Below are positions 52,945 to 63,239 of a DNA stretch of 64,000 bases, one piece after another. The position numbers and the translations under genes were made by a program. Under the pieces are notes generated by a model. It ran no database searches. It saw only the letters and a list, made by a program, of their open reading frames with translations, and was not told the origin of the DNA. This DNA is from an uncultured Chitinophagaceae bacterium (GTDB taxonomy: Bacteria > Bacteroidota > Bacteroidia > Chitinophagales > Chitinophagaceae), in the NCBI GenBank assembly GCA_963815085.1, contig CAWFFT010000056.1, forward strand, positions 19,872-83,871, written 5' to 3'. How positions within the stretch are numbered: the stretch's first letter is position 1; each line of letters opens with the position of its first letter.

Positions 52945-54936
52945 CTAATTGCCATGGTTATTCACCAGCATCCATTTAGACGTTTCATACATAGCAGAAG
53001 TAAGTTCAGAAAGATTTTTCATGACTGAATCTTTTTGTTTCCTGTCAAGCGAAAGTACATTTGATTTTAACGGCATCAGGTTTTCTTTACTAATTCGTAA
53101 GTTCTTTACAAAATAATAATCATCGGTAACCACACCAATATTTCCTTCATCGTGGTGGATTATAAATGCAGCATTCATTTTATTTTTTGCATTTAAAAGA
53201 TCTCTGCCCAATGTTGTATTTATGTAGGATTGATGCACCATTCCGGCCAAAGTAGGAAGTAGATCGATTTGTGAAACCACTTCATGTCTTGTCCTGGCTG
53301 TTAAGAGTTCAGGCGCATAAAATAAAAGCGGAACATGCTCATCGCTCAAACTTCCTTTCTCCCATGCATTTGGATAAATGGCTGAAGTTTCTCCTTCCAC
53401 ACCATGATCTCCAACAAAAACAAAAATGGTATTGTTGAACCAGGAGTTTTTTTTTGCATTTTCAATTAATGTTTTAAAACAATAATCCGTGTAGCAAAAA
53501 GATTGAAATTCCTCCCGGGACTCAAACCCGTATTTATGCAAAGTATCTTCGTTCACGTTTCGTTTTACAAAATCGGAATCTTCCGGCGGAATGCCATAAG
53601 GACGATGATTATCCGCAGTTTGAAGGATGGCAAAGAAAGGTTTTTTTTGTTGTGAAAAAACTTTTTCGGCTTCCAGGAAAAGATTCTTATCACTGATCCC
53701 CCAAACATTTAAAGGCCTGGCTTTAAAAGATCCTTCCTGGAAAATTTTTACTCCTTTTATATTCTTTATCAATCCGTCGAAATTATTAAAGTCACTGTTG
53801 CCTCCAATGAAATAAAATTTATTATAATCTTCAAACGAGTTAATTATTGTATGTTGGCGCACGGCGGCGGGATTGCGCGTAGAAAATTCTGAAAGCTGCA
53901 CATCGGGAATGCCGCTAACAATTGCAAAAACACCACGTGCCGTTCCAAAAGTGGGAGTGAAGCAACGATCAAAAAAAATACCGCTGTCGCACAGTTGTTT
54001 AAAATAAGGTGTTGTATTCAAAGGATTGCCACTCATGCTGCTTTTGTACATGCTAAAACTTTCGCAAATTACCAACACTATATTGGGCCTGCTTTCCAGC
54101 GTTTTGCTGTTAGGGAGAATTTCTCTTGAATAACTTTTGTCGTTAATATTCTTTTGATCGAGTTGTAAAAAATCAGCAATTAAAGGGAAATAACTTTTTG
54201 CTTTGTCATCATCAAAAGAAGGCTTTCTGAATTTCAAAGTCGTAAAAAAATTCTGCATTGGGTTTAGCGCCACATACGATTTAAAATTGTCGTTCAGTTC
54301 AAAGGCGTCTTTCCATTTTAAAGAATGAATTGAAAAAATTCCATACAGGCACCACAATAAAAAAACGACTGTACCTGCATGCCATCTTTTTTGGTAAATA
54401 ATATTTTCCTGCTCTTTTCTTTTGGTAATAACATGGGTATGTTTAAAAAGTTTTGACAATAAAAAAACAGCAATAACCAAAGCGGTCAACAGCCAAACAA
54501 CAGGATAGCTTTGCCAAAGCATTTTCAAAGAAATAGATGGATCTTCAGCAAAATTGAGCGCACTTGCGTTGATGCGCGTATGGTTGTAACTGAAATTTCC
54601 AAAATCTGCGCCGAAAAAAAACAAAATAAAAAGTGTAGCAAATGCAAGATAATAAGACCACCATCTTTTATTTTTCCCGGAATGAAAGGGTGAAAATTTC
54701 GGATAAACTGATAAAACAGCAATAGGCAACAGGATGATAGAAATCCATTTGGCATCATACCTGAAACCCAGGGTGAATGAAGGAAGCAATGAAAGAACAT
54801 TCGTATTTGAAGGGATAAACAATACAACCGTTGCTACCCTGAGAATTGTAAAAATAAGCAAGTAAATCAGCCACAGCATTGCGATCCATTTTATCGTTAA
54901 CGGAACAGAGCCGGGGATTTTTGCTTTCAGCATCAT
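52945..54936 (-). CDS. LTA synthase family sulfatase-like membrane enzyme
   Basis: Five TM segments, then PN.V..ICES, catalytic Thr in GTARG, T..NH.PY, GDHG. Confidence 0.9.
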   Translation of the reverse strand: MMLKAKIPGSVPLTIKWIAMLWLIYLLIFTILRVATVVLFIPSNTNVLSLLPSFTLGFRYDAKWISIILLPIAVLSVYPKFSPFHSGKNKRWWSYYLAFATLFILFFFGADFGNFSYNHTRINASALNFAEDPSISLKMLWQSYPVVWLLTALVIAVFLLSKLFKHTHVITKRKEQENIIYQKRWHAGTVVFLLWCLYGIFSIHSLKWKDAFELNDNFKSYVALNPMQNFFTTLKFRKPSFDDDKAKSYFPLIADFLQLDQKNINDKSYSREILPNSKTLESRPNIVLVICESFSMYKSSMSGNPLNTTPYFKQLCDSGIFFDRCFTPTFGTARGVFAIVSGIPDVQLSEFSTRNPAAVRQHTIINSFEDYNKFYFIGGNSDFNNFDGLIKNIKGVKIFQEGSFKARPLNVWGISDKNLFLEAEKVFSQQKKPFFAILQTADNHRPYGIPPEDSDFVKRNVNEDTLHKYGFESREEFQSFCYTDYCFKTLIENAKKNSWFNNTIFVFVGDHGVEGETSAIYPNAWEKGSLSDEHVPLLFYAPELLTARTRHEVVSQIDLLPTLAGMVHQSYINTTLGRDLLNAKNKMNAAFIIHHDEGNIGVVTDDYYFVKNLRISKENLMPLKSNVLSLDRKQKDSVMKNLSELTSAMYETSKWMLVNNHGN

Positions 54937-54976
54937 GATTGAAGAGTGAAATTCATTTTCTTCTTTATTTGTTTGT

Positions 54977-57151
54977 TTACTGCTTTTTATTATTCAGCAA
55001 CATATATTTTGCAGTCTGGTAATAGGCCTCTGATAATTGATTAAGCGCTTTTTTATCTGCCATGATTTCCGGCGTTGGCGCCAATACATTATTATTTGCC
55101 GATGACCTGAAATCAATTTTCCCGGTTGAAAGATCGTGAACATAAACATATTGGTCGGTAACTATTCCAATTTGTTTTACCATCGGATCAAACAAAAAAG
55201 CAAGATTTTTAAATTGCACCTCACTGTTTTGAGTGCTATCAAATAAGTTTTTTCCCAAAGTAGTATTGGTGTAAGAAATGTTTGCCAAAGCAGAAACAGA
55301 GGGAAGGATGTCAATTTGTGAGCACGTTCTGTCTATCCTTTTGGGCGAAAGCAAAGAAGGCGCGTAAAAAAGCAAAGGCACATGTTGAGTCGTTAACCCA
55401 TCTTCTTCCCATGCTTTTGGAAACATGTCGCCTGCATCTCCACGAATACCATGATCTCCCACAAAAACAAAAATGGTGTTTTTAAAGTAAGGCTCTTTCT
55501 TAGCGGTTTCAATAAATGTTTTATAACTAAAGTCTGTATACCTAAAAGCATTTAGCTCTGCATTGCTTTCAAAACCATATTTTTTTAAAGTATCAGTTGG
55601 GTAATTTTCAAGAGGAAAAGATTTGCGGTCTTCTTCCGGAATAGTATAAGGACGGTGATTATCTGCCGTTTGAATCACTGCAAAAAAAGGAGCCTTTTGT
55701 TGCTTTAAAACTTTATTGGCTTGCAGGAATAAATTCTTATCACTGATACCCCAAACGTCAATTGGTTTTACGGAATAATCTTCCTGTTCGTAAAGATGAA
55801 GGCTGTCAATATTGTTGGTTAAAAGTCCACGAATATTGGCCCAGCTTGAACTGCCGCCAATAAAGTAAAATTTTTGATATCCTTTATAATCATTAATGAT
55901 CGAATGTTCGTCCACGTAGGCCGGATTACGGCTCGCTGTGTTCGGAAATTCTACATCAGGAATTCCTGTCACAACCGCCCAAACGCCACGTGCAGTTCCA
56001 TAAGCGGGTGTAAAACATCTATCGAAGAAAATGCCGTTATTGCACATTTGGTTAAAATAGGGAGTAGTGTTCAATGGATTTCCCCACATACTGCTTTTGT
56101 AAGCTGAAAAACTTTCACAGATCACTACGACCACATTTGGCTTGTTCGCTGCAGGTATGGCGACGTGAATTCTTTTGTAATTCAAATGAACACTATCAGG
56201 GTTTGCAACTCCCAGATATTGTGTCATTAAAGGATAATATTGCTTTACTTTTTTAAGGTCGTAAGTAGAATTTTTAAATTTTAAGGTGCTTAAAAAACTT
56301 TGAACAGGATTTAAAGAAAGGTTGGATTTAAAATTATCGTCAAAGACAAATGCGTCACTCCATCTTAACGGAAATTGATTGAATCTCCCAAAAACACCTA
56401 AGCCCAATAGCAAGGCAAATGCAACACCAATAATAATTCTTACAACCGGTTTCCCGGTATAAACTGATTTTTTTGTTTTATTATACCACCGGTTGATCAA
56501 CCAAAATAAAACGGATGAGGATACGATGATTAATAAGATAAGCGTGAAAACCGGGTAGGATTGCCACACCATGTTCATTGAAATTTTTGCATTACCCAGA
56601 TAGTTAAGTATAGAGGCATTTAACCTTTCATGCAGGTAATCATAATTTTCAAAGTCAATGGCATAAAGGAATACAAGCGCTACTGTAACGATAAAAAAGT
56701 AGTATTTAAAGACGTATCTGGAAAAAGAATTTTCGAACGGGTTACAATTCTTTGTTACAAAAAGCCAGAGGAGAATCAGAATAAAAAGGATGCCGGTTCC
56801 GATCAAAGTCACCGGTGTTGCATGTCCTTTTTTCATAAAAAAAAGGAGCAGTAGCATAATAACTATCGTAAAAAATAATTCAACAATACTCCCGACAGTG
56901 AGTCGTTTTTTATCATTATAGGTTAAATGCAGGTTGCCTGTTACGAATGGAAAAATTATCAGGCCACAAACGATTCTTTCATCAAAATTCAATCCGAGAA
57001 GAAATGCCTTGAAACATTTTGAAAAAGAATAATTGAGCGGTGCGAAATGATAGAAAAAAATGAACCGCATTATAGTCATGAAAATCAAAAATGCGATTCC
57101 GGTTAAAAATATCCATTTTACCAATCGGGGAAAATTGGATCTTGTGTTCAT
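54977..57151 (-). CDS. LTA synthase family sulfatase-like membrane enzyme (tandem paralog)
   Basis: Same motif set as the neighbour: PNVVVVICES, GTARG, TADNHRPY, GDHG. Confidence 0.9.
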   Translation of the reverse strand: MNTRSNFPRLVKWIFLTGIAFLIFMTIMRFIFFYHFAPLNYSFSKCFKAFLLGLNFDERIVCGLIIFPFVTGNLHLTYNDKKRLTVGSIVELFFTIVIMLLLLFFMKKGHATPVTLIGTGILFILILLWLFVTKNCNPFENSFSRYVFKYYFFIVTVALVFLYAIDFENYDYLHERLNASILNYLGNAKISMNMVWQSYPVFTLILLIIVSSSVLFWLINRWYNKTKKSVYTGKPVVRIIIGVAFALLLGLGVFGRFNQFPLRWSDAFVFDDNFKSNLSLNPVQSFLSTLKFKNSTYDLKKVKQYYPLMTQYLGVANPDSVHLNYKRIHVAIPAANKPNVVVVICESFSAYKSSMWGNPLNTTPYFNQMCNNGIFFDRCFTPAYGTARGVWAVVTGIPDVEFPNTASRNPAYVDEHSIINDYKGYQKFYFIGGSSSWANIRGLLTNNIDSLHLYEQEDYSVKPIDVWGISDKNLFLQANKVLKQQKAPFFAVIQTADNHRPYTIPEEDRKSFPLENYPTDTLKKYGFESNAELNAFRYTDFSYKTFIETAKKEPYFKNTIFVFVGDHGIRGDAGDMFPKAWEEDGLTTQHVPLLFYAPSLLSPKRIDRTCSQIDILPSVSALANISYTNTTLGKNLFDSTQNSEVQFKNLAFLFDPMVKQIGIVTDQYVYVHDLSTGKIDFRSSANNNVLAPTPEIMADKKALNQLSEAYYQTAKYMLLNNKKQ

Positions 57152-57256
57152 CAGAGAAATTTACTTGTAATAAATATTGCCATCCGGTTTGGAAGGTTGT
57201 ATTGGCAAATGTAAATATTTAACTACTGTTTTTGCGCAATAGTTATTTTTGCAATA

Positions 57257-57865
57257 ATGAATCTGATGGAAATACAAAACGCATCGTTTCTTCCGCAGGC
57301 AATAAAACAAATTGATTATAGCTTGTTTGCCAAGATGAACGGGCAGTGGCATAACTCTTTTTTTGATGTTTTTTTTCCTTTTATCCGTGAACCGGAAGTG
57401 TGGATTCCGCTGTATTTTTTCCTGGTCCTTTTTGTTGTTCTTAATTTTAAAACGAAAGGTTGGATATGGGTTTTATTTTTTCTATTGAATGTGGTTCTCA
57501 GTGATACTGTAAGCAGCCGTCTCATCAAAGAAAATTTTATCAGGTTGCGGCCCTGCCACGATCCGGCACTTTTTGGGCATATTAGATTCCTCGTTTCCTA
57601 TTGTCCTGTAAGTTCCAGTTTTACGTCGTCGCATGCTGTAAACCATTTTGCCGCAGCAATGTTTATATTTACAACGTTCAGGAAAACAATAAGCCCCGCG
57701 TGGGCTTTGCTTTTTTTATGGGCGGCGGCTATTTCTTACGCACAAGTATACGTAGGTGTTCATTTCCCTTTTGACGTATTTTGCGGAACGATTGTGGGCC
57801 TGATTCTTGGATACATTCCGGCAAAGATCTTCAATCAAAAATTTGGATTGAAGTTGCCTAAATGA
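57257..57865 (+). CDS. PAP2 phosphatase family protein
   Basis: K.....R.RP, SF.SSHA, Y.GVH.P.D...G. Confidence 0.9.
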   Translation: MNLMEIQNASFLPQAIKQIDYSLFAKMNGQWHNSFFDVFFPFIREPEVWIPLYFFLVLFVVLNFKTKGWIWVLFFLLNVVLSDTVSSRLIKENFIRLRPCHDPALFGHIRFLVSYCPVSSSFTSSHAVNHFAAAMFIFTTFRKTISPAWALLFLWAAAISYAQVYVGVHFPFDVFCGTIVGLILGYIPAKIFNQKFGLKLPK

Positions 57866-57876
57866 AAAAATAATAT

Positions 57877-59169
57877 ATGGAACTGATCATTTTATTTTTC
57901 CTGATCCTTTTAAATGCATTCATCGTAATGTGTGAGATGGCATTGGTCTCGGCAAAAAAAAGCCGCCTGGAAAGCAGTGCTAACAAGGGAGACAAAAAAG
58001 CACAGATCGTTTTAAAGCTAAAAGAAAATCCTGAAATATTCTTATCAACCACACAGATTTATATTACACTTATATCTATCCTGACAGGTGTGTATTCAGG
58101 CGAGCGGTTCAGTATTTATTTGCAACCTTATATTGAAAAAATTGATTTTCTTAAAGCTTATTCCGCTACTGTTTCTACCACTCTTATTGTAATTATTGTT
58201 ACTTTTCTTTCTATCCTGCTTGGCGAACTGATTCCTAAAAGAATTGCCTTAATGAATCCGGAAAAGATTGCTAAAGTAGTTTCTGTTCCAATAAAAACTT
58301 TAAGCGATATTTCTTATCCGCTTGTTTGGTTGTTAAGCCGCATGAGCTCTGGTTTTTTCAAAATTTTTAATATTAAAAAAAGTTCCGACAGCCAGGTAAC
58401 GGAAGAAGAGATCAAAGCGATCATTAATGAAGGCAGCGAACTGGGAGCGATAGAAGAAGAAGAAAAAGATATTATTGAAAGAGTTTTTCATTTGGGCGAC
58501 AGGAATATTACTTCAATAATGACGCACCGAACGGATATCATCTGGTTTGACATTAATGAGGAACGATCGTCAGTGAAGCAAAAGATCAAAGAGTTTCAAC
58601 ATTCCGTTTATCCTATTTGCAATGAAACGATTGATGATATTGAAGGGATTATTTATGTAAAAGACATGTACCTCAATCCTGATGCGCCTTTAAAAGGTCT
58701 TGTCCGCAAAGCGCTGTTTATACCGGAAAATAATTCTGCTTACCAGGTTCTCGAAAAAATAAAAATTACGAAAATTCCTTATGCTTTTGTCGTGGATGAA
58801 TATGGAAGCCTTTTGGGAATGATCACGGTGAAAGATATTCTGAAAGCTATAGTAGGAGAGATGCCGGAAGAAGAAGATGATGAATATGTAATCACAGAAA
58901 GAAAGGACGGCACTTTCCTGATCGATGGCCAGATTCAATTTTATGATTTCCTCACCAGGTTTGATAAAACGGTGTGGATAAACGAAGGAGAAAATGAATT
59001 TGACACCCTTGCCGGATTTATTCTGCATGAATTAAAACGCATTCCTGTTACCGGCGATAGATTTGAATGGCGTGGTTTTGATTTTGAAATTGTTGATATG
59101 GATGGGCAAAGGATTGACAAAGTGCTTGTGAAAATTTCTAATGAAATAAGAAAGGAGATGGAAGATTGA
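57877..59169 (+). CDS. Hemolysin-family CNNM/CBS/CorC_HlyC protein
   Basis: E.ALVS, GELIPK, CBS pair with VVDEYG, TLAGFIL..L..IP, D..RIDKV. Confidence 0.92.
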   Translation: MELIILFFLILLNAFIVMCEMALVSAKKSRLESSANKGDKKAQIVLKLKENPEIFLSTTQIYITLISILTGVYSGERFSIYLQPYIEKIDFLKAYSATVSTTLIVIIVTFLSILLGELIPKRIALMNPEKIAKVVSVPIKTLSDISYPLVWLLSRMSSGFFKIFNIKKSSDSQVTEEEIKAIINEGSELGAIEEEEKDIIERVFHLGDRNITSIMTHRTDIIWFDINEERSSVKQKIKEFQHSVYPICNETIDDIEGIIYVKDMYLNPDAPLKGLVRKALFIPENNSAYQVLEKIKITKIPYAFVVDEYGSLLGMITVKDILKAIVGEMPEEEDDEYVITERKDGTFLIDGQIQFYDFLTRFDKTVWINEGENEFDTLAGFILHELKRIPVTGDRFEWRGFDFEIVDMDGQRIDKVLVKISNEIRKEMED

Positions 59170-59191
59170 GGAGGGCAAGTTGTTGTAGTTG

Positions 59192-59219
59192 TAAGTAATA
59201 AGTAATAAGTAATAAGTAA
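59192..59219. repeat. Four perfect TAAGTAA heptamers
   Basis: Exact tandem repeat between convergent genes. Confidence 0.85.
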
Positions 59220-59253
59220 TTTTTCGGCGTTCGACAGAGGAGGTTTCTTTCAA

Positions 59254-60291
59254 TCACAATTTTCTTGAAGCGCTATAATTTCGCCACTTTTCAATAACGG
59301 CACTCATATCAGTTGGTAAAGGACTTTCAAAATTCATTTTTTCTTTCGTAACAGGGTGAACAAAACCTAACTGTTGCGCATGCAACGCATGTCTTGGGCA
59401 AAGTTCAAAACAGTTATCGACAAACTGTTTGTATTTGGTAAAAACGGTTCCTTTTACAATTTTGTCGCCACCATAAGTTTCATCGTTAAAAAGCGGATGC
59501 CCGATGTGTTGCATGTGAACGCGTATCTGGTGCGTCCGGCCGGTTTCCAAACGACATTCCACAAGCGTTACATAATTGAATTTTTCCAAAACTTTATAAT
59601 GCGTGATGGCTTCTTTTCCATGTTCGCCTTCAGGGTAAGCGGTAAATAATTTTCTGAATCGTTGATGCCTTCCCACATGTGCAACGATTGTCCCTTCGTC
59701 TTCTTCAAAATCTCCCCAAACAAGTGCAACATATCTCCTGTGAACCGTATGATCGAAAAATTGTTTTGCCAGGTTTGTCATCGCTTTTGGCGTTTTTGCC
59801 ATTACCAAAAGACCGGAAGTATTTTTATCAATTCTGTGAACCAAACCAAATCTTGCCAGTTCACTTTCATCAATATCCGGATTTTGTTGTTTTAAATACC
59901 AGGCAACCGCGTTTACCAAAGTGCCTCCGGGATTGCCACTTCCGGGGTGTACTACCATTCCCGGTTCTTTATCAATTACCATCACATCATCATCTTCATA
60001 CACAATTTTGAAAGGAATATTTTCAGGAATTATTTCATTGCTTTCCGGGGAATAATCCTGGTAAATAATGATTTTATCTAATGGACGAACTTTGTAATTC
60101 GATTTTACAGGATGATCATTTAATAAAACTCTTTCTGCTTCAATCGCCTGTTGAATTTTGTTTCTTGTAGCGCCTTCGATCCGGCCCATCAAAAATTTAT
60201 CAATCCTTAATGGTTCCTGCCCTTTGGCGCAAATAATTGTTTCACGTTCAAAAAGTTCTTCGGGTTCGTCATGTAATTCTTCTTCATTCAT
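59254..60291 (-). CDS. rluD: RluA-family 23S rRNA pseudouridine synthase (RluD-like)
   Basis: S4 domain RIDKFL, K..G.VVHP, HRIDK.TSG, LETGRTHQIRVH; start at MNEEEL. Confidence 0.9.
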   Translation of the reverse strand: MNEEELHDEPEELFERETIICAKGQEPLRIDKFLMGRIEGATRNKIQQAIEAERVLLNDHPVKSNYKVRPLDKIIIYQDYSPESNEIIPENIPFKIVYEDDDVMVIDKEPGMVVHPGSGNPGGTLVNAVAWYLKQQNPDIDESELARFGLVHRIDKNTSGLLVMAKTPKAMTNLAKQFFDHTVHRRYVALVWGDFEEDEGTIVAHVGRHQRFRKLFTAYPEGEHGKEAITHYKVLEKFNYVTLVECRLETGRTHQIRVHMQHIGHPLFNDETYGGDKIVKGTVFTKYKQFVDNCFELCPRHALHAQQLGFVHPVTKEKMNFESPLPTDMSAVIEKWRNYSASRKL

Positions 60292-60340
60292 AATTGGGCA
60301 TTCAGCATTCATCTTATCTTTGCAAATTAAAATCTTTGCA

Positions 60341-61081
60341 TTGGAAAAACAGCAGATCATTTTTGAAGACCTTGATGTAATGAATTATAAAACCGCATGG
60401 GATTACCAGGAAGATCTGGTCAGGAAAAACCTGGAAATTAAGTCAGAAGCGAGGAGAAAATCAGCTAACGGCCAGCTGACAACTCTCAATGAAACAACGA
60501 ACAACAAACTAAAAACTACCAACTATCTTCTTTTTTGTGAACATCCGTCTGTTTATACTTTAGGCAAAAGTGGCCATATGGAAAATGTATTGTTGAGTGA
60601 AAACGAAATGGAAGAAAAAGAAATTGAATTTTTCAAAACCAATCGCGGCGGCGACATCACTTTTCATGGCTTGCAGCAAATCGTTGGTTATCCTATTCTT
60701 GACCTTGAAAATTTTTTTACAGATATTGGCAGGTACATGCGAAGCCTTGAAGAAGTGATCATTCTTGCTATTAGGGAATATGGAATAAAAGGCGACAGAA
60801 GCAAAGGTGAAACAGGTGTATGGATTGATCCGGGTATTGCGGGAAGAGAAAGAAAAATTTGCGCGATGGGAATCCGTTGCAGCCGCTGGATAACGATGCA
60901 CGGATTTGCATTGAATGTAAATACCGATCTCAGTTATTTCAACAACATCATTCCTTGTGGTATTGTAAACAAACAAGTTACTTCTATAGAAAAAGAGCTT
61001 GGGTATAAAGTGGATTTTGAAGATGCGAAAGAAAAAGTAAAACGAAATTTTGAAAATGTTTTTGATGTGAAGATTGTTTAA
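60341..61081 (+). CDS. lipB: Lipoyl(octanoyl) transferase
   Basis: EHP.VYTLG, RGG.IT.HG..Q.VGYP, KICA.G, HGFALNV, I.PCG; TTG start. Confidence 0.95.
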   Translation: MEKQQIIFEDLDVMNYKTAWDYQEDLVRKNLEIKSEARRKSANGQLTTLNETTNNKLKTTNYLLFCEHPSVYTLGKSGHMENVLLSENEMEEKEIEFFKTNRGGDITFHGLQQIVGYPILDLENFFTDIGRYMRSLEEVIILAIREYGIKGDRSKGETGVWIDPGIAGRERKICAMGIRCSRWITMHGFALNVNTDLSYFNNIIPCGIVNKQVTSIEKELGYKVDFEDAKEKVKRNFENVFDVKIV

Positions 61082-61213
61082 TCCTTCTTTTGCAGTAAAC
61101 AAACAAATTCTTTTAATTTTTAAATAACACATTCTTAACGGAATTTTAAAAGAACGACCGTCTTAGTATTGATTATCTAAATGAAAGTATTTTAAAAGCT
61201 TAAACTTATTTGT

Positions 61214-61293
61214 ATGAAAAAAATTAAACTAACCGCCGTTTTTGTTTCTCTTTTTTTTGCAGGACAGGCGCAGATGAAAACCTTTATTGATCA
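61214..61293 (+). pseudogene. 5' end of a secreted Bacteroidetes protein (SIMPL/DUF541-like), cut at the composition junction
   Basis: Signal peptide MKKIKLTAVFVSLFFAGQA then QMKTFIDQ; the frame then runs into unrelated GC-rich DNA. Confidence 0.45.
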
Positions 61294-61345
61294 ATTGTTT
61301 GTGCATTCCCTGGAAAATAACTCCGTGACTGGGGGCAGCCGAAGT

Positions 61346-62292
61346 ATGAGCCGTACCGGACGGACGAGCGTGCGAGAGCACGTCCGCCCGTCGGTGACGC
61401 GTGCCGAAGACGTGGTGGCCAACGCGTCCGGGGAGAACTTCCCGGTCGCGCTGCGCATGCTGCCCGCCCGGCACCGGCGGCACCTGACCAACCTGTACTT
61501 CTTCGCCCGCCTGACCGACGACCTCGGCGACGAGGCCCGTGAGGCGCAGCCCAGCTCGCGACCACCGGCCCGGCCCCAGCGAGCCCGGAGAAAGCGTCGC
61601 ACCGAGCTACCGGCTCCGCCTGCTGGACGAGCTGGCCGCCGACGTCGACCGCATCTACTCGGGCAAGACGCCGCAGTCGCCGGTCATGAAGGCGATGGGC
61701 GAAACGGTCCGCGAGTGCGGCGTCCCCGGCCAAGCCGCTGCTCGACCTGATCCAGGCCAACCGGCAGGACCAGCTGGTCACCCGCTACGAGCACCTACCC
61801 GGAGCTCGAGCAGTACTGCGAGCTCTCCGCCAACCCGGTCGGCCAGATCGTGCTCTACATCTTCGGCGCTGCCACCCCGAGGCGCATCGCCTTCTCGGAC
61901 AACATCTGCACGGCCCTCCAGCTGGCCGAGCACTGGCAGGACGTGGCCGAGGACCTGGCCAACGGGCGGATCTACCTGCCAGGTGAGGACATGGAGCGGT
62001 TCGGCGTCACGGAGGCCGACCTGGCGCGCGCCGATCGCGCGGGCCGGAACGTCAGGAGCTGATGATCTTCGAGACGGACCGCGCGCCGCGACTGCTTGAC
62101 TCGGGCGCGCCGCTGGTCGGCACACGCTGCACGGGGCGGCCCGGCTGGCGGTCGCGGGCTACCTGGCCGGCGGCCGGGCGGCGCTGGCCGCGATCCGGGA
62201 GCAGGGCTACGACGTGCTGCGCGCCACCCCGCGGCCGCGCAAGGCGGAGGCTGGCCCAAGAGCTGGCCAAGGCGTACGTGAAGGGGAGGTGA
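61346..62292 (+). CDS. hpnC: Squalene synthase HpnC (multiple frameshifts)
   Basis: ENFPVA..LP, Y.FAR..DDLGDE, YC.LSANPVG..VL, SD.ICTALQL.EHWQDV.ED...GRIYLP. Confidence 0.85.
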
Positions 62293-62295
62293 AGC

Positions 62296-63239
62296 GTGAA
62301 CGACCTGACCGAGGCGTACCGCGAGTGCGAGCGGATCACCTGGACGCAGGCGAGGAACTTCGCCTACGGCATCAGGCTGCTGCCGCCAGCCAAGCGCCGC
62401 GGGCTCGCCGTCATCTACGCGTTCGCCCGGCGCATCGACGACATCGGCGACGGCACCCTGCCCGGGCCAGGAGAAAGACATGCCCGCCGAGGAGAAGATC
62501 GCCGCGCTGGAGCAGGCCCGCAGGCGTCCTAACCTCGACCAGGAACGCGCGCGCCGACGACGACCCCGTCCTGCGTCGCGCTGGCCGACACCGCGCGCAG
62601 CTTCCCGGTCCCGCTCGCCGCCTTCGGCGAGCTCATCGACGGCTGCGTGGCCGACGTCCGGGGCACCCGCTACAAGACGTTCGACGACCTGCACTGCTAC
62701 TGCCGCTGCGTGGCGGGCAGCATCGGGCGGCTGTCGCTCGGCATCTTCGGCACCCGAGGCGACCCGGAGAACAGGCAACAAACTGGCCGACGACGCTCGG
62801 CGTCGCCCTGCAGCTCACCAACATCCTGCGCGACATCCGCGAGGATCATCCGCAACGGCCGGGTCTACCTGCCCGCCGAGGACCTGGCCAAGTTCGACGT
62901 GGACCTCGGACCGGAGCCGCCCGGCACCGCGATGCAGTTCACCCGCCTGGTCGAGTTCGAGGCCGAACGGGCTCGCGACTGGTACGCCAGCGGCTGCGGC
63001 TGCTGCCACTGCTCGACCGGCGCAGCGCTGCCTGCACCGGCGCGATGGCCGGCATCTACCGGCGGCTGCTCGAGCGGATCGCGGCGCAACCCGCCGCGGT
63101 GCTGGAGCGGCCGGGTGTCCCTGTCCACGGGGGAAAAGGCCATGGTCGCCGTCAAGGCCCTGGCCGGGAGGGTCACGATGGAAGTACCTGCAACGGGCGC
63201 CGAGATCACCGGAGCGCGGCCGTCCGAGGGCCGTGGTGA
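62296..63239 (+). CDS. hpnD: Presqualene diphosphate synthase HpnD (multiple frameshifts; 3' end approximate)
   Basis: AY..CE.IT..QARNF.YGI.LLP..KR, YAFARRIDDIGD, LG.ALQLTNILRD..ED, AMAGIY..LL..I. Confidence 0.85.

Noticed and set aside
60238-60253. parS-like TGTTTCACGTTCAAAA
   Set aside because: Only one half matches the parS palindrome and it lies within rluD coding sequence
61214-61750. 178-aa ORF as a novel secreted squalene synthase fusion
   Set aside because: It spans the composition junction and a frameshift; best explained as an artefact
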